61,167 nucleotides of DNA, filler included, from Squatina squatina (GCA_031763465.1; 4 parts of 4 records of this genome joined end to end with filler, not necessarily neighbours in it); one strand, 5' to 3'; positions 1 through 11,283 are shown, numbered from the whole stretch's first letter. Notes: generated from the sequence alone by a model not told the origin. Program-made: numbers and translations.

Positions 1-798
1 TTTATTTCAGCTTTCTGGTAAATCTCCTCTGCAACCTCTCAAGGCCTGGACATCCTTCCTGAAGTGTGGTGCCAGAATTGGATACAATGCTCTAACTGAG
101 GTCTAACCAATTTTATAAATGTTCCTTGTTTTTGTACTCTTGCCTCTATTTATAAAACCAAAGTTCACCATATGCCTTTTTGACAGTTTTATCAACTTGT
201 CCTGCTGCTGTCATATTTGTGTATATGAGCCCCAAGTCCCTCTGTTTGTGCACCCCCTTTAAAATTTTACCATTCAATTCATATTGCCCGTCCTCACTTT
301 ACCTTCAAAAATGCATCACTTCATACTTCTCTGCATTAAATTTCATCTGTCATGTGTCTGCCCATTTCACCAGTCTGTCTATGTGCTCCTGAAGTTTGTT
401 ACTATCCTCCTCACTGTTTACTACATTTCTAAGCTTGGTGTCAACTACAAATTTTGAAATTTTGCCCCTGTACAAAAGTCCAGGTCATTAATGTATATCA
501 AAAAGAGCAATAGTCCTAACAGGGGACGCCACTATTCCCTTCAGTCTGAAAAAATACCATTCACTACTACTCTCTGCTTTCTGTCTCTCAGCCTATGTTG
601 TATACATGCTGTCAACTGTCCCTTTAGTACCATGGGTTTCAATTTCATGCTGGCAAATCTATCATCTGGTACATTATCAAGCACCTTCTGAAAGTCCATA
701 TATACATCAACTGCACTATTTTCATCAATCCTCTCCAGTATTTCATTGAAGAACTCAATCAATTTAATCATACCCACTTTGCCTTTAACAAATCTATG
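1..798 (-). mobile_element. CR1-clade LINE ORF2 (reverse transcriptase) fragment, decayed
   Basis: Minus-strand translation IKLIEFFNEILERIDENSAVDVYMDFQKVLDNVP...DRKQRVVVNG matches the CR1 RT motif (LLEFFE.VT..VD.G..VDVVY.DF.KAFDKVPH); stops and frameshifts present. Confidence 0.88.
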
Positions 799-898
799 NN
801 NNNNNNNNNNNNNNNNNNNNNNNNNNNNNNNNNNNNNNNNNNNNNNNNNNNNNNNNNNNNNNNNNNNNNNNNNNNNNNNNNNNNNNNNNNNNNNNNNN

Positions 899-1312
899 CG
901 CCACGCCAGCAGTGAGGGTCAGGTGAGTGCCCTTGGTAACTGTCATCACTCTGGGTCAGCGTAACGTAGCAATGCTAAACAAACATTACCATGGCGCTGA
1001 CCCGGCCAATGCCACATCACTGCCGGCGCAACTGCATGCGCAAGCTGTGGCCCCACCCACTGCCTTAAATGCAAAGGCTTGCTGAGGGACTCGGGATCGA
1101 GGTATCACCAGGGACCCGGCGAGGTAAGGTGCCAGCATACCAGAGCGCGTGCCGGCAAAGACCAGAGAGGCGCAATCGGCCACCAAAGTCGGCCAATGTT
1201 TAAAGATGGCAGCTCCTGGCACAAGACCCACACCTTAGATGAAACCTGTCATTGCCACTTGGAGGTCAGCGGCATACTTCTTGGCTACGCTGCCGACCGC
1301 AAATTCAGGGCC
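899..1312. mobile_element. GC-rich DNA-transposon (Harbinger-like) remnant
   Basis: Abrupt GC/CpG-rich block ending AAATTCAGGGCC, similar to the GG..GAAATT termini of other GC-rich blocks in the window. Confidence 0.45.
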
Positions 1313-2314
1313 AATGAATGATAATCACTTTAAAAATGGGACAATGACAAATTAATAGTGCCATTCCCAGACTTCAAAAATGCACATTAAACAAGCACGC
1401 AGATGCAAAGAACAGACTCCCTCGCAGGTTTCCATAACAATTCTACTTGGTACTAAGATTTTAATTAATACAGACAATTCTGCAATTTTGTGCGACATTG
1501 TGTCAAAGGGAAAGAGTACATTTTTATTACTCTACAATGTTATTTAGTTCTGGACTAATTTAATAAAATCAGCATTGAACACAGACACCTCGCTCCACAT
1601 TTAAATCTCAACTGGCATGACAGAGCTGCAAAGTGCTTGCAAAGCAGTTCTGAGGGGTGGTGGGGGAAAACACCACCGAAAACTCATTCCACAACACATT
1701 AGTAAACTGATGCACCGTCATAAAGCTGTGGAATCTCAAAACATCTGGGTGAAATCACATTCAGTAATATTCTATCATATTACAAATTATATCACTGCGA
1801 ACCAATCAGAATGGAAGACATTATAAAGTCCTCAATGGTTGCCAGTAGCTTGCAGTCTTATATAACCACAAACTGTATATTTTATTGGCAACTCTTAGGT
1901 GGAAAAATCCACCCAGGGTGAGGGAGAATTTATCAAGCTCAAATCAGAGAACACTTAACGTTGGTTCTTGAAAAGGCTCGCAAGTGTGTGTTAATGAATT
2001 ATATATTAAAATAAAAAATCCCAACTAGATAAAATAATAATAATTCGACAGCTCTCGAGTACTGCAGCTGTAGAGTGCTGAAAAAACAAAAAAAATCTTT
2101 CCAGAAAATGTTTGCTGGAGCTTCCTATAGGAATCCACAATTAGACTTTAATATTTTATTGCAAGTAAATTAACGTAATACTGGTCATTCAGTACAAACC
2201 AAAGTACACCTATAATGTTCCACAGCATGTAAAAAAAATTTATCTAGTTGTTTTGGTCTCCTGGTTATTAGTAAATTTCTGCCTTGTTTGTCACCGTACA
2301 TTGTTAGCTCAAAC

Positions 2315-2386
2315 AATGCAGTGCTTGTTAAGCACTTTGGGACATGCTGAGATCGTGACAGGTTCTATATAAATGCGAGTTCTTTA
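2315..2386 (+). mobile_element. SINE/L2-type 3' tail
   Basis: AAGCACTTTGGGACATGCTGAGATCGTGACAGGTTCTATATAAATGCGAGTTCTTT resembles the shark SINE/L2 tail; a similar tail lies near 56290-56345. Confidence 0.6.
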
Positions 2387-3484
2387 TTTTTTTTGTTTTC
2401 CCTGTTCAAAAATAAATATAACTGAGAAGGAAAGTTAAGAAATGTGTGTGTATTTTTCGCTTTCCTTCCACGATGAATTTGTAGTTCCTTGGTGCAGCTG
2501 CCATTGGTGCGGCACTTCGGCAGGGAGATTTATCTTCACTGTTGAGTCTGCAATGACAAGCAACTCAAATATCTGTCTCTGACCCCAGTTCCTTCAACGG
2601 CCTAAAAAAATTCCATCCCAAGCAATGCAGTTAGCTCAGAATTTTCATTGAATGGCTCAACATGCAAAACACAAAAATAGTTGATACTTTTACAATACTT
2701 GTGCCTCGTGATTATTTGTATATTCTCTGCTTGGTTTCTCACAGTACAGATGAAATAGCCCAGAAACAATACAATGCTTGAGGTTTCACATCTATTATGA
2801 CTAGTAATTTTGAACAGTAACAGGGTAGAAAGCCTACAAATGCCCAAAACTAAAATCTACTCTGGTCACGTCTCACTAAATCTATGTGGGAAGGCTTAGC
2901 TCTTACATTGATGTATAAATTTTCAATGCTTGCATGAAAAATCATGCATACCAGCAAACAGAACCAAATGCTCATCAGGCCGCTGTACGTAAATAACTGG
3001 GTGAAATAAATCTTGAACAACCCTTTTACTGTTGGATTGCTGAAAAATTGATGACCTTTAAATGTGACAGATGCATATTATCCAAATATAATTTTAGTGA
3101 GTTAAATATTTTGACTATTTGTAAAGTGTAGTATCTTCATTGCAATTTACACATTATAAAAAAAGACTCTGGACCTAAAGAAACTAATTTCATACCATAA
3201 TTAATTTAGTTTTGAAAGATGCAAGATATTTAAAAACATATACAAAGTATTGCAACATTACCACATTATGAAACAAAAATGCATCAAAATACTTCCCAGA
3301 TTATAACTTTTATCTTTCCATAAGAGCCAGCTGATCTCACTTTAAATGAAAAGCTATTCTCTTAACGAGTCTTGCAGGGCAAGTTCTTCTTAGCTTCGTG
3401 TCTTTTGAAAAGCTCATATTATATAATGTTTAGGATAGTCAGTACTAGATAAGGTAGTAGATGCAAATTATACTTTATAGTGCT

Positions 3485-3960
3485 CATAGAATCGTACAAA
3501 GAGTGAGGCCATTTGACCCATTTATTCCAACAAAGGATCTACATTCCCATCATCATATCATCCTATTGACTATTGAGTCTATGGTGTTCGCCTTCACATC
3601 TTTACTTAGAATGATTAATCATTCTTTTCATGAAAAGGTTTTCCCTGACACCTAAACAATTTTTTTTATCAGTCTTAACCAAAGTTTCCCTGTTCTCATT
3701 TCCTGACACACCTTGATGTAATGTTCCAGATTAATCTATCCATGCCATTTAATTTCTTGTGTACTGCTATAAGGTTCTCTCTCACTTGCCTCCTTTTAAG
3801 ACTAAAGAGGTCTAGTTTCTCCAATCTTTCCTCATAACTCAATCCTTTGAAGCTAGGGATCATACTCATGGTTTTTTCAGCACTGCTTCCATGGTTTAAA
3901 TGTTCATATGGAATGCAGTACTCAAAGTGCAGTCCACTCAGGTTATTGAATGGTCTTAAC
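3485..3960 (-). mobile_element. CR1 LINE 3' fragment
   Basis: Minus translation GLSYEERLEKLDLFSLKRRQVRENLIAVHK matches the CR1 ORF2 C-terminus (LSYEERL..LGLFSLE.RR.RGDLI). Confidence 0.85.
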
Positions 3961-4234
3961 ATATTTCCAATTTACGCTCAACTAACCAAGCAATATAATT
4001 AACCACTAATACAGCAATAGTTCATATAATTAACCATTCTACTTACTTTGTTTATTGTGACTCCATAGTGATTTTACGGAATGGAATTTGTGGTTGGGAT
4101 GACAGCAANNNNNNNNNNNNNNNNNNNNNNNNNNNNNNNNNNNNNNNNNNNNNNNNNNNNNNNNNNNNNNNNNNNNNNNNNNNNNNNNNNNNNNNNNNNN
4201 NNNNNNNNAGTCGTGAACAGTCTGCTGCTGCGTC

Positions 4235-4363
4235 TCAGGGTTCGGGTGTAAAGCGCAGGTAGTTCTTGGAAGATGGGAGCTTTTGAGTGCGAATTCCCTT
4301 TGGGAAGAGCTTGACTGCCTCCTCTTCAGGAATGTTGGGAAGAACCATGCACTGCTCACCAGC
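4235..4363 (-). CDS. PRDX6: Peroxiredoxin-6, last coding exon (exon 5)
   Basis: Acceptor ttttctccag, then AGEQCMVLPNIPEEEAVKLFPKGIRTQKLPSSKNYLRFTPEP-TGA, matching the 1-Cys Prx C-terminus (human ...VMVLPTIPEEEAKKLFPKGVFTKELPSGKKYLRYTPQP). 129 nt, phase 0. Confidence 0.95.
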   Translation of the reverse strand, partial: AGEQCMVLPNIPEEEAVKLFPKGIRTQKLPSSKNYLRFTPEP

Positions 4364-4701
4364 CTGGAGAAAAGAAGAGTTTAAAAGGAAAAAAATTGCC
4401 ATCAATACAGCTTTTAAAAAAAACTTTGCAACAACCACTGCTAATTAGACCAAGGCCTACCCATTTTGGTGAATGGGTGCCTAAAGTTTGTTCTTTTCCT
4501 CCGATCCCAGAGGGGAAAAAAAAACACTAATTGTAACTTTTATCATTGGGCAAAGAAAACATGCGATAGCGAACCGGCAACATCTTTCGCACTTCTCCCC
4601 ATTTACTCTTCCACTGTAGTCAATGAAAAAGAGAAAAAAAAATGGGGAAAGGTGTAAAATGAGGCGCTGTACAGATATAGCTGCAGGTCATTTGTCCTCA
4701 C

Positions 4702-4848
4702 CTTCCAGTTGACAGGTGTGGCCACCTTCTTGCAAGAAGTCAGCTGCAGGGAATCAATAACTCTTAGGATTTCATCAAAGTTCCTCCCAGTGGTGGCTGG
4801 GTACAGAAGGGACAGCTTCAGTTTCTTGTCAGGGCCAATAACAAACAC
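4702..4848 (-). CDS. PRDX6: Peroxiredoxin-6, penultimate exon (exon 4)
   Basis: cttcag|[49 protein letters not shown]|gtgag; 147 nt, phase 0/0, splices in frame to 4363. Confidence 0.96.
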
Positions 4849-4994
4849 CTGAAGAAAAAGGATATAAACATTAAAAGATGGGGAATGATGTAAATTCCTA
4901 TGATTCTACTGCTACTACACTTTGTGAGCTAATTATGATTACATATATGTGTTTATATAAAGTAAGTGTTAATAAACAAATCAATTCATTAATA

Positions 4995-5300
4995 AGGAGG
5001 TGAGCTAGAATGTCACAGGAGAGAGAGTGAGAGAGATGGAGAGGTGGAGGGGTTTGGGGAGGGAATTCCAGAACTGAGGATCGAGGCAGCTGAAAGCAGG
5101 GCCGCCAATGGTGCACCGATTATAATCGGGGATGCGTGAGAGGCCAGAATTAGAGGAGCACAAATATCTCAGAGGGTTGTAGAGGCTGCAGAAGATTACA
5201 GAAATAGGGAGGGGTGAGGCCTTGGAGGGATTTGAAAACAAGGGTGAGAATTTTAAAATTGAGACGTTGCTTAACCGGGAGCCAATGTGGGTTAGCGAGT
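4995..5300 (-). mobile_element. L2-clade LINE 3' end
   Basis: Minus translation YNPLRYLCSSNSGLSRIP...TIGGPAFSCLDPQFWNSLPKPL matches the L2 ORF2 C-terminal motif (Y.P.R.LRSS...G.RAFS..AP.LWN.LP). Confidence 0.82.
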
Positions 5301-5543
5301 GCTCAATGCCCTCTGAAATGACCCAACAAGCCAATCGTTGGTTCAAACCACTTGCAGTGGGTTCAGAGGCACCAAAAGCCTCCTGGATTGTGCCGAGTGC
5401 CTTTGGTGGTAAAGGCAAACACCTACTGTCCACCTTCATGACTGGGCTAAGCTGTTAACCTGCCTTTACAGATCTACCTATCTACCTTCCATATTGGGGA
5501 ACATCCTGGCCAAACTACACATTAGTTGATCTTGCTATTCACG

Positions 5544-7697
5544 TTATAGAAACGTTACTTTCCTTAATTGGTCTTCAGCAGCTGTACAAGTTTTAGCTCT
5601 GCTGCCTGTGATAATTTCAGCATCTGCCTGCAGTACCAGTAACACTAGATTCAAAGCCCTTCGCCAAGCTTCTAGTTTGACGGTTACATTATCATAGACC
5701 TCATAGTCAAAGTAGTCTTCATTCAGACTTCTACAGGAAGGCCAGCATGGCACACCAACATTCACATATTTCTCTGAAATGATAGGAAACACACCAACAC
5801 CTTTTTGAAGACACTTTTGCAATTCTGACAAAGCATCTAGTGGTGTTCTATACATGCCAGTATTAAACATGGCAGTCACAAGGTATTCAGCCAAGCCATC
5901 AGCCAAGGACTGCAGGACTTGTGATTTATACAATACTTCAGTGTCTGCAAGCCATGAAGAACAATGTGCACCAATGCAACTTGCTGCATTAATTCCTGGT
6001 TTAAAAACAGCCTTTTCTAATATTAGCTGTTTTAGATTGCAGAGGCATACAAGTTCAGTGGCTCCTGCACCAGGAAAGATTCGCCTCTCACTAAGGGCAT
6101 GGTTTAGACGATATGCACAAGTCCAGAATTGGTCGGCTATCGTCTGCAGCTTGCAATTTAAGGGGCTACAAAGCACTACTGTGATCACAGCAGTTTTAAA
6201 GCAGCTTATCTGTACAGCAGTTCTTTCTCCCAAGTTTGGTATATTTCCATTTCCCGTTTTCCAGAAACACAGATGTGCTCCAGTTCCCACACAATTCTCT
6301 TTTACTTGTGTAATATAAGTTACAATGATAGCTCCCACAGCCTCTGCAAACCTCTGAAACACAGGGTCCTTCACTTCTTGAATTATTAAAATATTTTCTT
6401 GCACACACTTATCCATTAAACATGGAGATGTTATTCCCTTTACCAGAATTAAATGAATGCGAAATTTATGAAGTACATCCATTGCTGTATTTAACCACTC
6501 TTCTTCTAAACTTTTAGAAATGTCCTCAACAGTCCGAGTGACCATTTTAATATTTGAAATTTTGTTGAACCCTGGATGATGGTACTTATCAGTCAAATCT
6601 CCATTTATAAATATAGTATGAAGAGGTAAAGTTGCCAAATGCCTGACAATCGTAGACTGCTCTCCTGAGATTAATGTGATGAAACCAGGACTAACACAGG
6701 AATAGTGCTCAGGTGGTCCTGGCAGGAAATACGTAACCAACTTACCAATTTCAAATTCTGGGAGAGTCNNNNNNNNNNNNNNNNNNNNNNNNNNNNNNNN
6801 NNNNNNNNNNNNNNNNNNNNNNNNNNNNNNNNNNNNNNNNNNNNNNNNNNNNNNNNNNNNNNNNNNNNNNNNNNNNNNNNNNNNNNNNNNNNNNNNNNNN
6901 NNNNNNNNNNNNNNNNNNNNNNNNNNNNNNNNNNNNNNNNNNNNNNNNNNNNNNNNNNNNNNNNNNNNNNNNNNNNNNNNNNNNNNNNNNNNNNNNNNNN
7001 NNNNNNNNNNNNNNNNNNNNNNNNNNNNNNNNNNNNNNNNNNNNNNNNNNNNNNNNNNNNNNNNNNNNNNNNNNNNNNNNNNNNNNNNNNNNNNNNNNNT
7101 GTTAGCGCTGCAGTTGTTTGTGGAATCTGCTTTTATTGATGTACTTGACTGAAATCGAGTGTGTCCCTTTGCTACTGAATACTTTTCATTAATCAGATGG
7201 ATAGGAGGGCTGGTTAAAGCACATGATAATCTTTCAGGTTTACTTGTTTGTGGATTTTGTTTACACTGTGAGCTTTTTAAAATGCTATCAATGGATATCT
7301 GATGTGATTTTAGCACCTCAAAGCAATGTTCTAGTCCTTCATACATCACAGATACTATGATAGGAATGGGAATATCTTGCTTTATACAATTTAGAACAGC
7401 TTTACTCCATGCTCCAGCAAGGAAAAGGAGGGTGGATGTTCCAGTTTTGTATTGTTTGTAGTGTGCCTGTATTGCTTCATTCAACAACTGTCCTACTGGA
7501 CAATCCAATTGCAGATTCTCTAGAAGTCTGAATGCAGAGCAAATCACAGCTGTTTCACCAGTGTTGTCATCTACAATGAACTTGTAGCACTTTTTCGAGC
7601 CAAGCAATGTTCTGCCTGACGCAGCCACTGCGGAGATCTGCTCCAGGCCTACGTGGGATTTCCTGTTTAGTAATCTGCAGCACTGTATTCCAACAGA
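5544..7697 (-). CDS. BBS12: Bardet-Biedl syndrome 12 chaperonin-like protein, main coding exon (331-N internal gap; initiator ATG not in this exon)
   Basis: Open frame from the acceptor ctatttacag|TCT at 7697: SVGIQCCRLLNRKSHVGLEQISAVAASGRTLLGSKKCYKFI...VGQLLNEAIQAH...GTSTLLFLAGAWS...FWTCAYRL...PGAGATE...VYDNVTVKLEAWRRALNLVLLVLQADAEIITG, matching BBS12 at both ends. The frame is kept across the gap. The ORF-track start at 7628 is a GTG. Confidence 0.95.
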   Translation of the reverse strand, partial: SVGIQCCRLLNRKSHVGLEQISAVAASGRTLLGSKKCYKFIVDDNTGETAVICSAFRLLENLQLDCPVGQLLNEAIQAHYKQYKTGTSTLLFLAGAWSKAVLNCIKQDIPIPIIVSVMYEGLEHCFEVLKSHQISIDSILKSSQCKQNPQTSKPERLSCALTSPPIHLINEKYSVAKGHTRFQSSTSIKADSTNNCSANXXXXXXXXXXXXXXXXXXXXXXXXXXXXXXXXXXXXXXXXXXXXXXXXXXXXXXXXXXXXXXXXXXXXXXXXXXXXXXXXXXXXXXXXXXXXXXXXXXXXXXXXXXXXXXXTLPEFEIGKLVTYFLPGPPEHYSCVSPGFITLISGEQSTIVRHLATLPLHTIFINGDLTDKYHHPGFNKISNIKMVTRTVEDISKSLEEEWLNTAMDVLHKFRIHLILVKGITSPCLMDKCVQENILIIQEVKDPVFQRFAEAVGAIIVTYITQVKENCVGTGAHLCFWKTGNGNIPNLGERTAVQISCFKTAVITVVLCSPLNCKLQTIADQFWTCAYRLNHALSERRIFPGAGATELVCLCNLKQLILEKAVFKPGINAASCIGAHCSSWLADTEVLYKSQVLQSLADGLAEYLVTAMFNTGMYRTPLDALSELQKCLQKGVGVFPIISEKYVNVGVPCWPSCRSLNEDYFDYEVYDNVTVKLEAWRRALNLVLLVLQADAEIITGSRAKTCTAAEDQLRKVTFL

Positions 7698-8370
7698 CTG
7701 TAAATAGAAGAGAAAGTCAAAAATACTATTGTATACTGTACTTTAGTCATAATTTTGTAAATGTAACCCATTTCCTCACTCTCTGTTTNNNNNNNNNNNN
7801 NNNNNNNNNNNNNNNNNNNNNNNNNNNNNNNNNNNNNNNNNNNNNNNNNNNNNNNNNNNNNNNNNNNNNNNNNNNNNNNNNNNNNNNNCTTCACACAAAC
7901 AAAATTTATTAACATGAACTTTCATTTCACTTTTATTGATCAACCCCCGTCCGCACACTCTCTTCACCCCTTTAAGTACTGACATGGGCTGATAGATTAG
8001 TGGAAGCACTTAAGCCAATTGAGATATTCAGCACCTGAAAAAGACTAAGGAAATCAGCGCTAAGTGGGCCCTTTCGCGCTGAAAGTTGCACTCTTTTTAC
8101 AAATTTTTTTTTTTTAGCCTAAAGTTCTAAGACCAAAACTTAATGCCCAGCTATTCATCCGTTAGCGCCCAAAACTTAGGGCAATCGAATTGGGTGCCCC
8201 AAGAGATGATACAAGGCTATCAGAGGTGGTAATGGCTACATTAAGAAACACATTACATCTAGATAGGGTGTAAACGGTGGAAAAGAGCAACGGCCCTGAG
8301 AGGGAAATGAAAACAGAAACTGACGTAAAAGAATGAAAAGGGAAAAAAATTTTTTTGTTCAGGGCAGAGA

Positions 8371-8530
8371 TTATGCTCTGAAATTGTTAAACTCAATGTT
8401 GAGTCCAGAAGGCTGTAAAGTGCCTAATTGAAAGATGAGGTGCTGTACCTCAAGCATGCGTTGAGTTTCATTGGAACAGTGTAACAGGCCAAGGACAGAG
8501 AGATCAGAGTGGGAATGAAGTGGAGAGTTA
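8371..8530 (-). mobile_element. Penelope-like element GIY-YIG endonuclease C-terminal fragment
   Basis: LNSPLHSHSDLSVLGLLHCSNETQRMLEVQHLIFQLGTLQPSGLNIEFNNFR matches the PLE ORF end (HFNS..HS...L.....R...E..LI..L..L.P.GLN). Confidence 0.85.
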
Positions 8531-8935
8531 AGCCTGTTGTAGCCTTGGCGCCTTAAAGGCGCGTGGCCTGCGCCATTGGCCGCCATCTTTTATCATCGGC
8601 CAACATGCTGGCACCTNNNNNNNNNNGAAAATTTTCTTATACTTGCCTGATGGCCCTTTAAGTGGGTCATCAATCTTCCTCTTCCCCGAAGGCCTGCGGC
8701 CCTTGCCCTCAAGGGGGAGGGCGGGTTGCGGCAGCAGCATGGCACATGCCACGCTGCTGGCGTAACCGGGAAGTGACGCCGCATTGGCCAATGCCCTGGC
8801 AACGTGCTACGCTGGCCCGAAACTGCCTCAAAGAGGCCAAGGCCGCGTCGCAGTGCCCCGCTGCTAGTGGGATGCACTCCGGAATGAGGGACCCTAATAC
8901 TGCTGCCCGTTTAGGCGCAGTCCAGTTGGGGTCCC
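8531..8935. mobile_element. GC-rich Harbinger-like DNA element remnant
   Basis: CpG-rich block ending GGCGCAGTCCAGTTGGGGTCCC, close to the reverse complement of the terminus at 28184 (GGGGGTCCCAATTGGATAGCGCC). Confidence 0.55.
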
Positions 8936-9170
8936 TTAGAATCGAGAAAGTTGTAAAGTTTTAGGGAGAGAGTAGAGCAGTGTGATTAGTTTTGAATTGC
9001 TATAGCAAAGAGCTGGCAGAGACATGATGTACTGGAATAGCCTCCTTCTGTGCTATAAACCTATAGGGTTCTATTAAACAAGGTGGTTGGAAGTAAGTGC
9101 TGTATGCACAAATATTCTTAACCATTTAAATGTATGTGTCAGTCTTTAAGTTTTTTTAATTCTTCTGTAG

Positions 9171-9326
9171 GCATCAAACTTCAGGAAAAATAACATGGGA
9201 TCTTCACAGCGCAAAAAATCTGGGACAAAACCTGATCTAACAGAGGAACAAAAGCAAGAAATCCGGGAGGCTTTTGATTTGTTTGATACTGATGGTTCTG
9301 GAACTATTGATGTAAAGGAAATCAAG
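9171..9326 (+). CDS. CETN4: Centrin exon 2, copy A (N-terminal arm + EF-hand 1)
   Basis: ttctgtag|[52 protein letters not shown]|gtgctg; 156 nt, phase 0/0. Vertebrate centrin exon 2 follows an ATG-only exon 1, which is not visible. The CETN4 call rests on head-to-head adjacency to BBS12. Confidence 0.88.
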
Positions 9327-9534
9327 GTGCTGTTAAATAATACCAACCTCAATGTTATGCTACATTGTGTGCTTTTTAATGTTTTTATGTTTCAATTCTT
9401 AGAGGTTGCATTAGAATTTTTGGGAAAAATCTATTCAAACAAAAATCTAAAACTTTAGTTTATATTTAAAAAAATTGTTTGCACTTATACTGTGTCTTAC
9501 TGCACCTCTCAGTGCTTTACAGTACTACAATTGC

Positions 9535-9830
9535 TAGCAGTCAAGTTCTGCAGCCATTTTATGACAAGGTGCCACAGCAGCAGCGGGATGAATGACCAGT
9601 GACCTGTTTTTTTTGGTGGTGGGAGGAGAAGAATGTCGCACACAACACGAGAAGATCCTGCTTCCTGTGAAATAGTTCAATGGGATTTTGAAGATTCACT
9701 AGGCCCTTAAGCAAAGGGACAGCACTTTGATGTTGTGACCTCACAAAATTGTGCTGCAGTGTCAATTGAAATGATATGCTCAATTCCTGGAGTTAATCTT
9801 GAACCCACAGTCTCCCTGAGCCAAACTGAT
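9535..9830 (-). mobile_element. tRNA-derived Deu-domain SINE (SacSINE1-like), decayed
   Basis: Antisense of the tRNA-like head (..CTGGAGTTAATCTTGAACCCAC..CTGAGCCA) and of the Deu core also seen at 15995-16171. Confidence 0.55.
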
Positions 9831-10022
9831 ATGCGAAAGAGTAAGATGGTGTATTCTGGTATAATTTCTAATATTGATATATAGTGTTTAAATCAAATAA
9901 ATTTGTGTTTTTTTTAAGTTTTNNNNNNNNNNNNNNNNNNNNNNNNNNNNNNNNNNNNNNNNNNNNNNNNNNNNNNNNNNNNNNNNNNNNNNNNNNNNNN
10001 NNNNNNNNNNNNNNNNNNNNNN

Positions 10023-10131
10023 ACCTGGGCCAAAACCAGAAATTACTGAAGAACAAAAGCAGGAAATAAGGGAAGCATTTGACTTGTTTGACACAGATGG
10101 TACTGGATCTATTGATGTCAAAGAATTAAAG
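10023..10131 (+). CDS. CETN4: Centrin exon 2, copy B (5' end hidden in gap)
   Basis: [36 protein letters not shown]|gtatag; same phase-0 donor position as copy A; contiguous with exon 3. Confidence 0.88.
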
Positions 10132-10872
10132 GTATAGACTATTCTAGTAGTTAGACAATGCACTCGATCCTTTTTCGGGATGTTGATGTCCCTTCACCTT
10201 GCTGTAGCTAGAAAACTATCGGTGCTCGTAACAATTGGTGGTTCATTGTTTTTGGTAGTTGCACTCATCTTGAACATTGCCTGTCACAAATTGTCACTCA
10301 CATAACTGAACATCAGTACTGTGGTACATCTGGTCAAATTGGAAACCTAGAAATCAAGGGGAAGCCAGATTAGCACATGAGGGAGAAAGGTGTAGAAAGA
10401 TATGGTGATGGGGTTAGATGAACAGGGATGGGAGTAAATACTTTTGTATGCTGTAAATACATTGTAATTTGTACCAGAGTTGAATGTGCTTGCTGCTTCT
10501 ATACAAAGTTTAATTTACAGATGAATATTTCATATCTGTGGTGAGTTTTCTCAAACACATATACAGATTGAACGAAATGCCTCACATATTACATCAGCAG
10601 TAACACATTACCAGTTCTTGATCTACACAAATTAATCCTGTGACTTTCCAGCTATGTTTCATGAGAATGATGAATCAGCAAGAACCTGAGTTTTCTCAGT
10701 TACTGTGCACACTTTGCATTATACCAGTAGAAATATGTTTTAAGTTCCAGTTTGTTGAATGAATCCTCTTGGCAAAGGTGTGTTGTGTATATAGAAATCC
10801 CTAACAGCCATTTGTTTTTCAAAATTAAATTAACCACCACAAATATATAGCTTTTCAACTTTTCTTTTCCAG

Positions 10873-11001
10873 GTTGCAATGAGAGCTTTGGGATTTGAAC
10901 CTAAAAAAGAAGAAATAAGAAAGATGATCTCGGATATTGACAAGGAAGGATCTGGTAGCATTGATTTCAATGACTTTCTAGCCATGATGACTCAGAAAAT
11001 G
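10873..11001 (+). CDS. CETN4: Centrin exon 3 (EF-hand 2)
   Basis: ttttccag|[43 protein letters not shown]|gtgaga; 129 nt. Confidence 0.94.
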
Positions 11002-11122
11002 GTGAGATGCCTTATATACATGTGTATAAAGTATAAAAACAAGAATTGTTTTGTGACATTAGTGCTAATGAAAAGTTAATCAAGGACTTGATAATGATTC
11101 CAGTGTATCACTTTTATCCCAG

Positions 11123-11183
11123 AGTGAGAAAGACTCCAAGGAAGAAATTTTGAAAGCCTTTCGATTGTTTGATGATGATGGCA
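11123..11183 (+). CDS. CETN4: Centrin exon 4 (5' part; remainder in gap)
   Basis: tatcccag|SEKDSKEEILKAFRLFDDDG then N-run. Confidence 0.92.
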
Positions 11184-11283
11184 NNNNNNNNNNNNNNNNN
11201 NNNNNNNNNNNNNNNNNNNNNNNNNNNNNNNNNNNNNNNNNNNNNNNNNNNNNNNNNNNNNNNNNNNNNNNNNNNNNNNNNNN

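Noticed and set aside
5854-6408. ORFs overlapping BBS12 (5854-6318 +, 6196-6408 -)
   Set aside because: Shadow frames of the BBS12 coding sequence.
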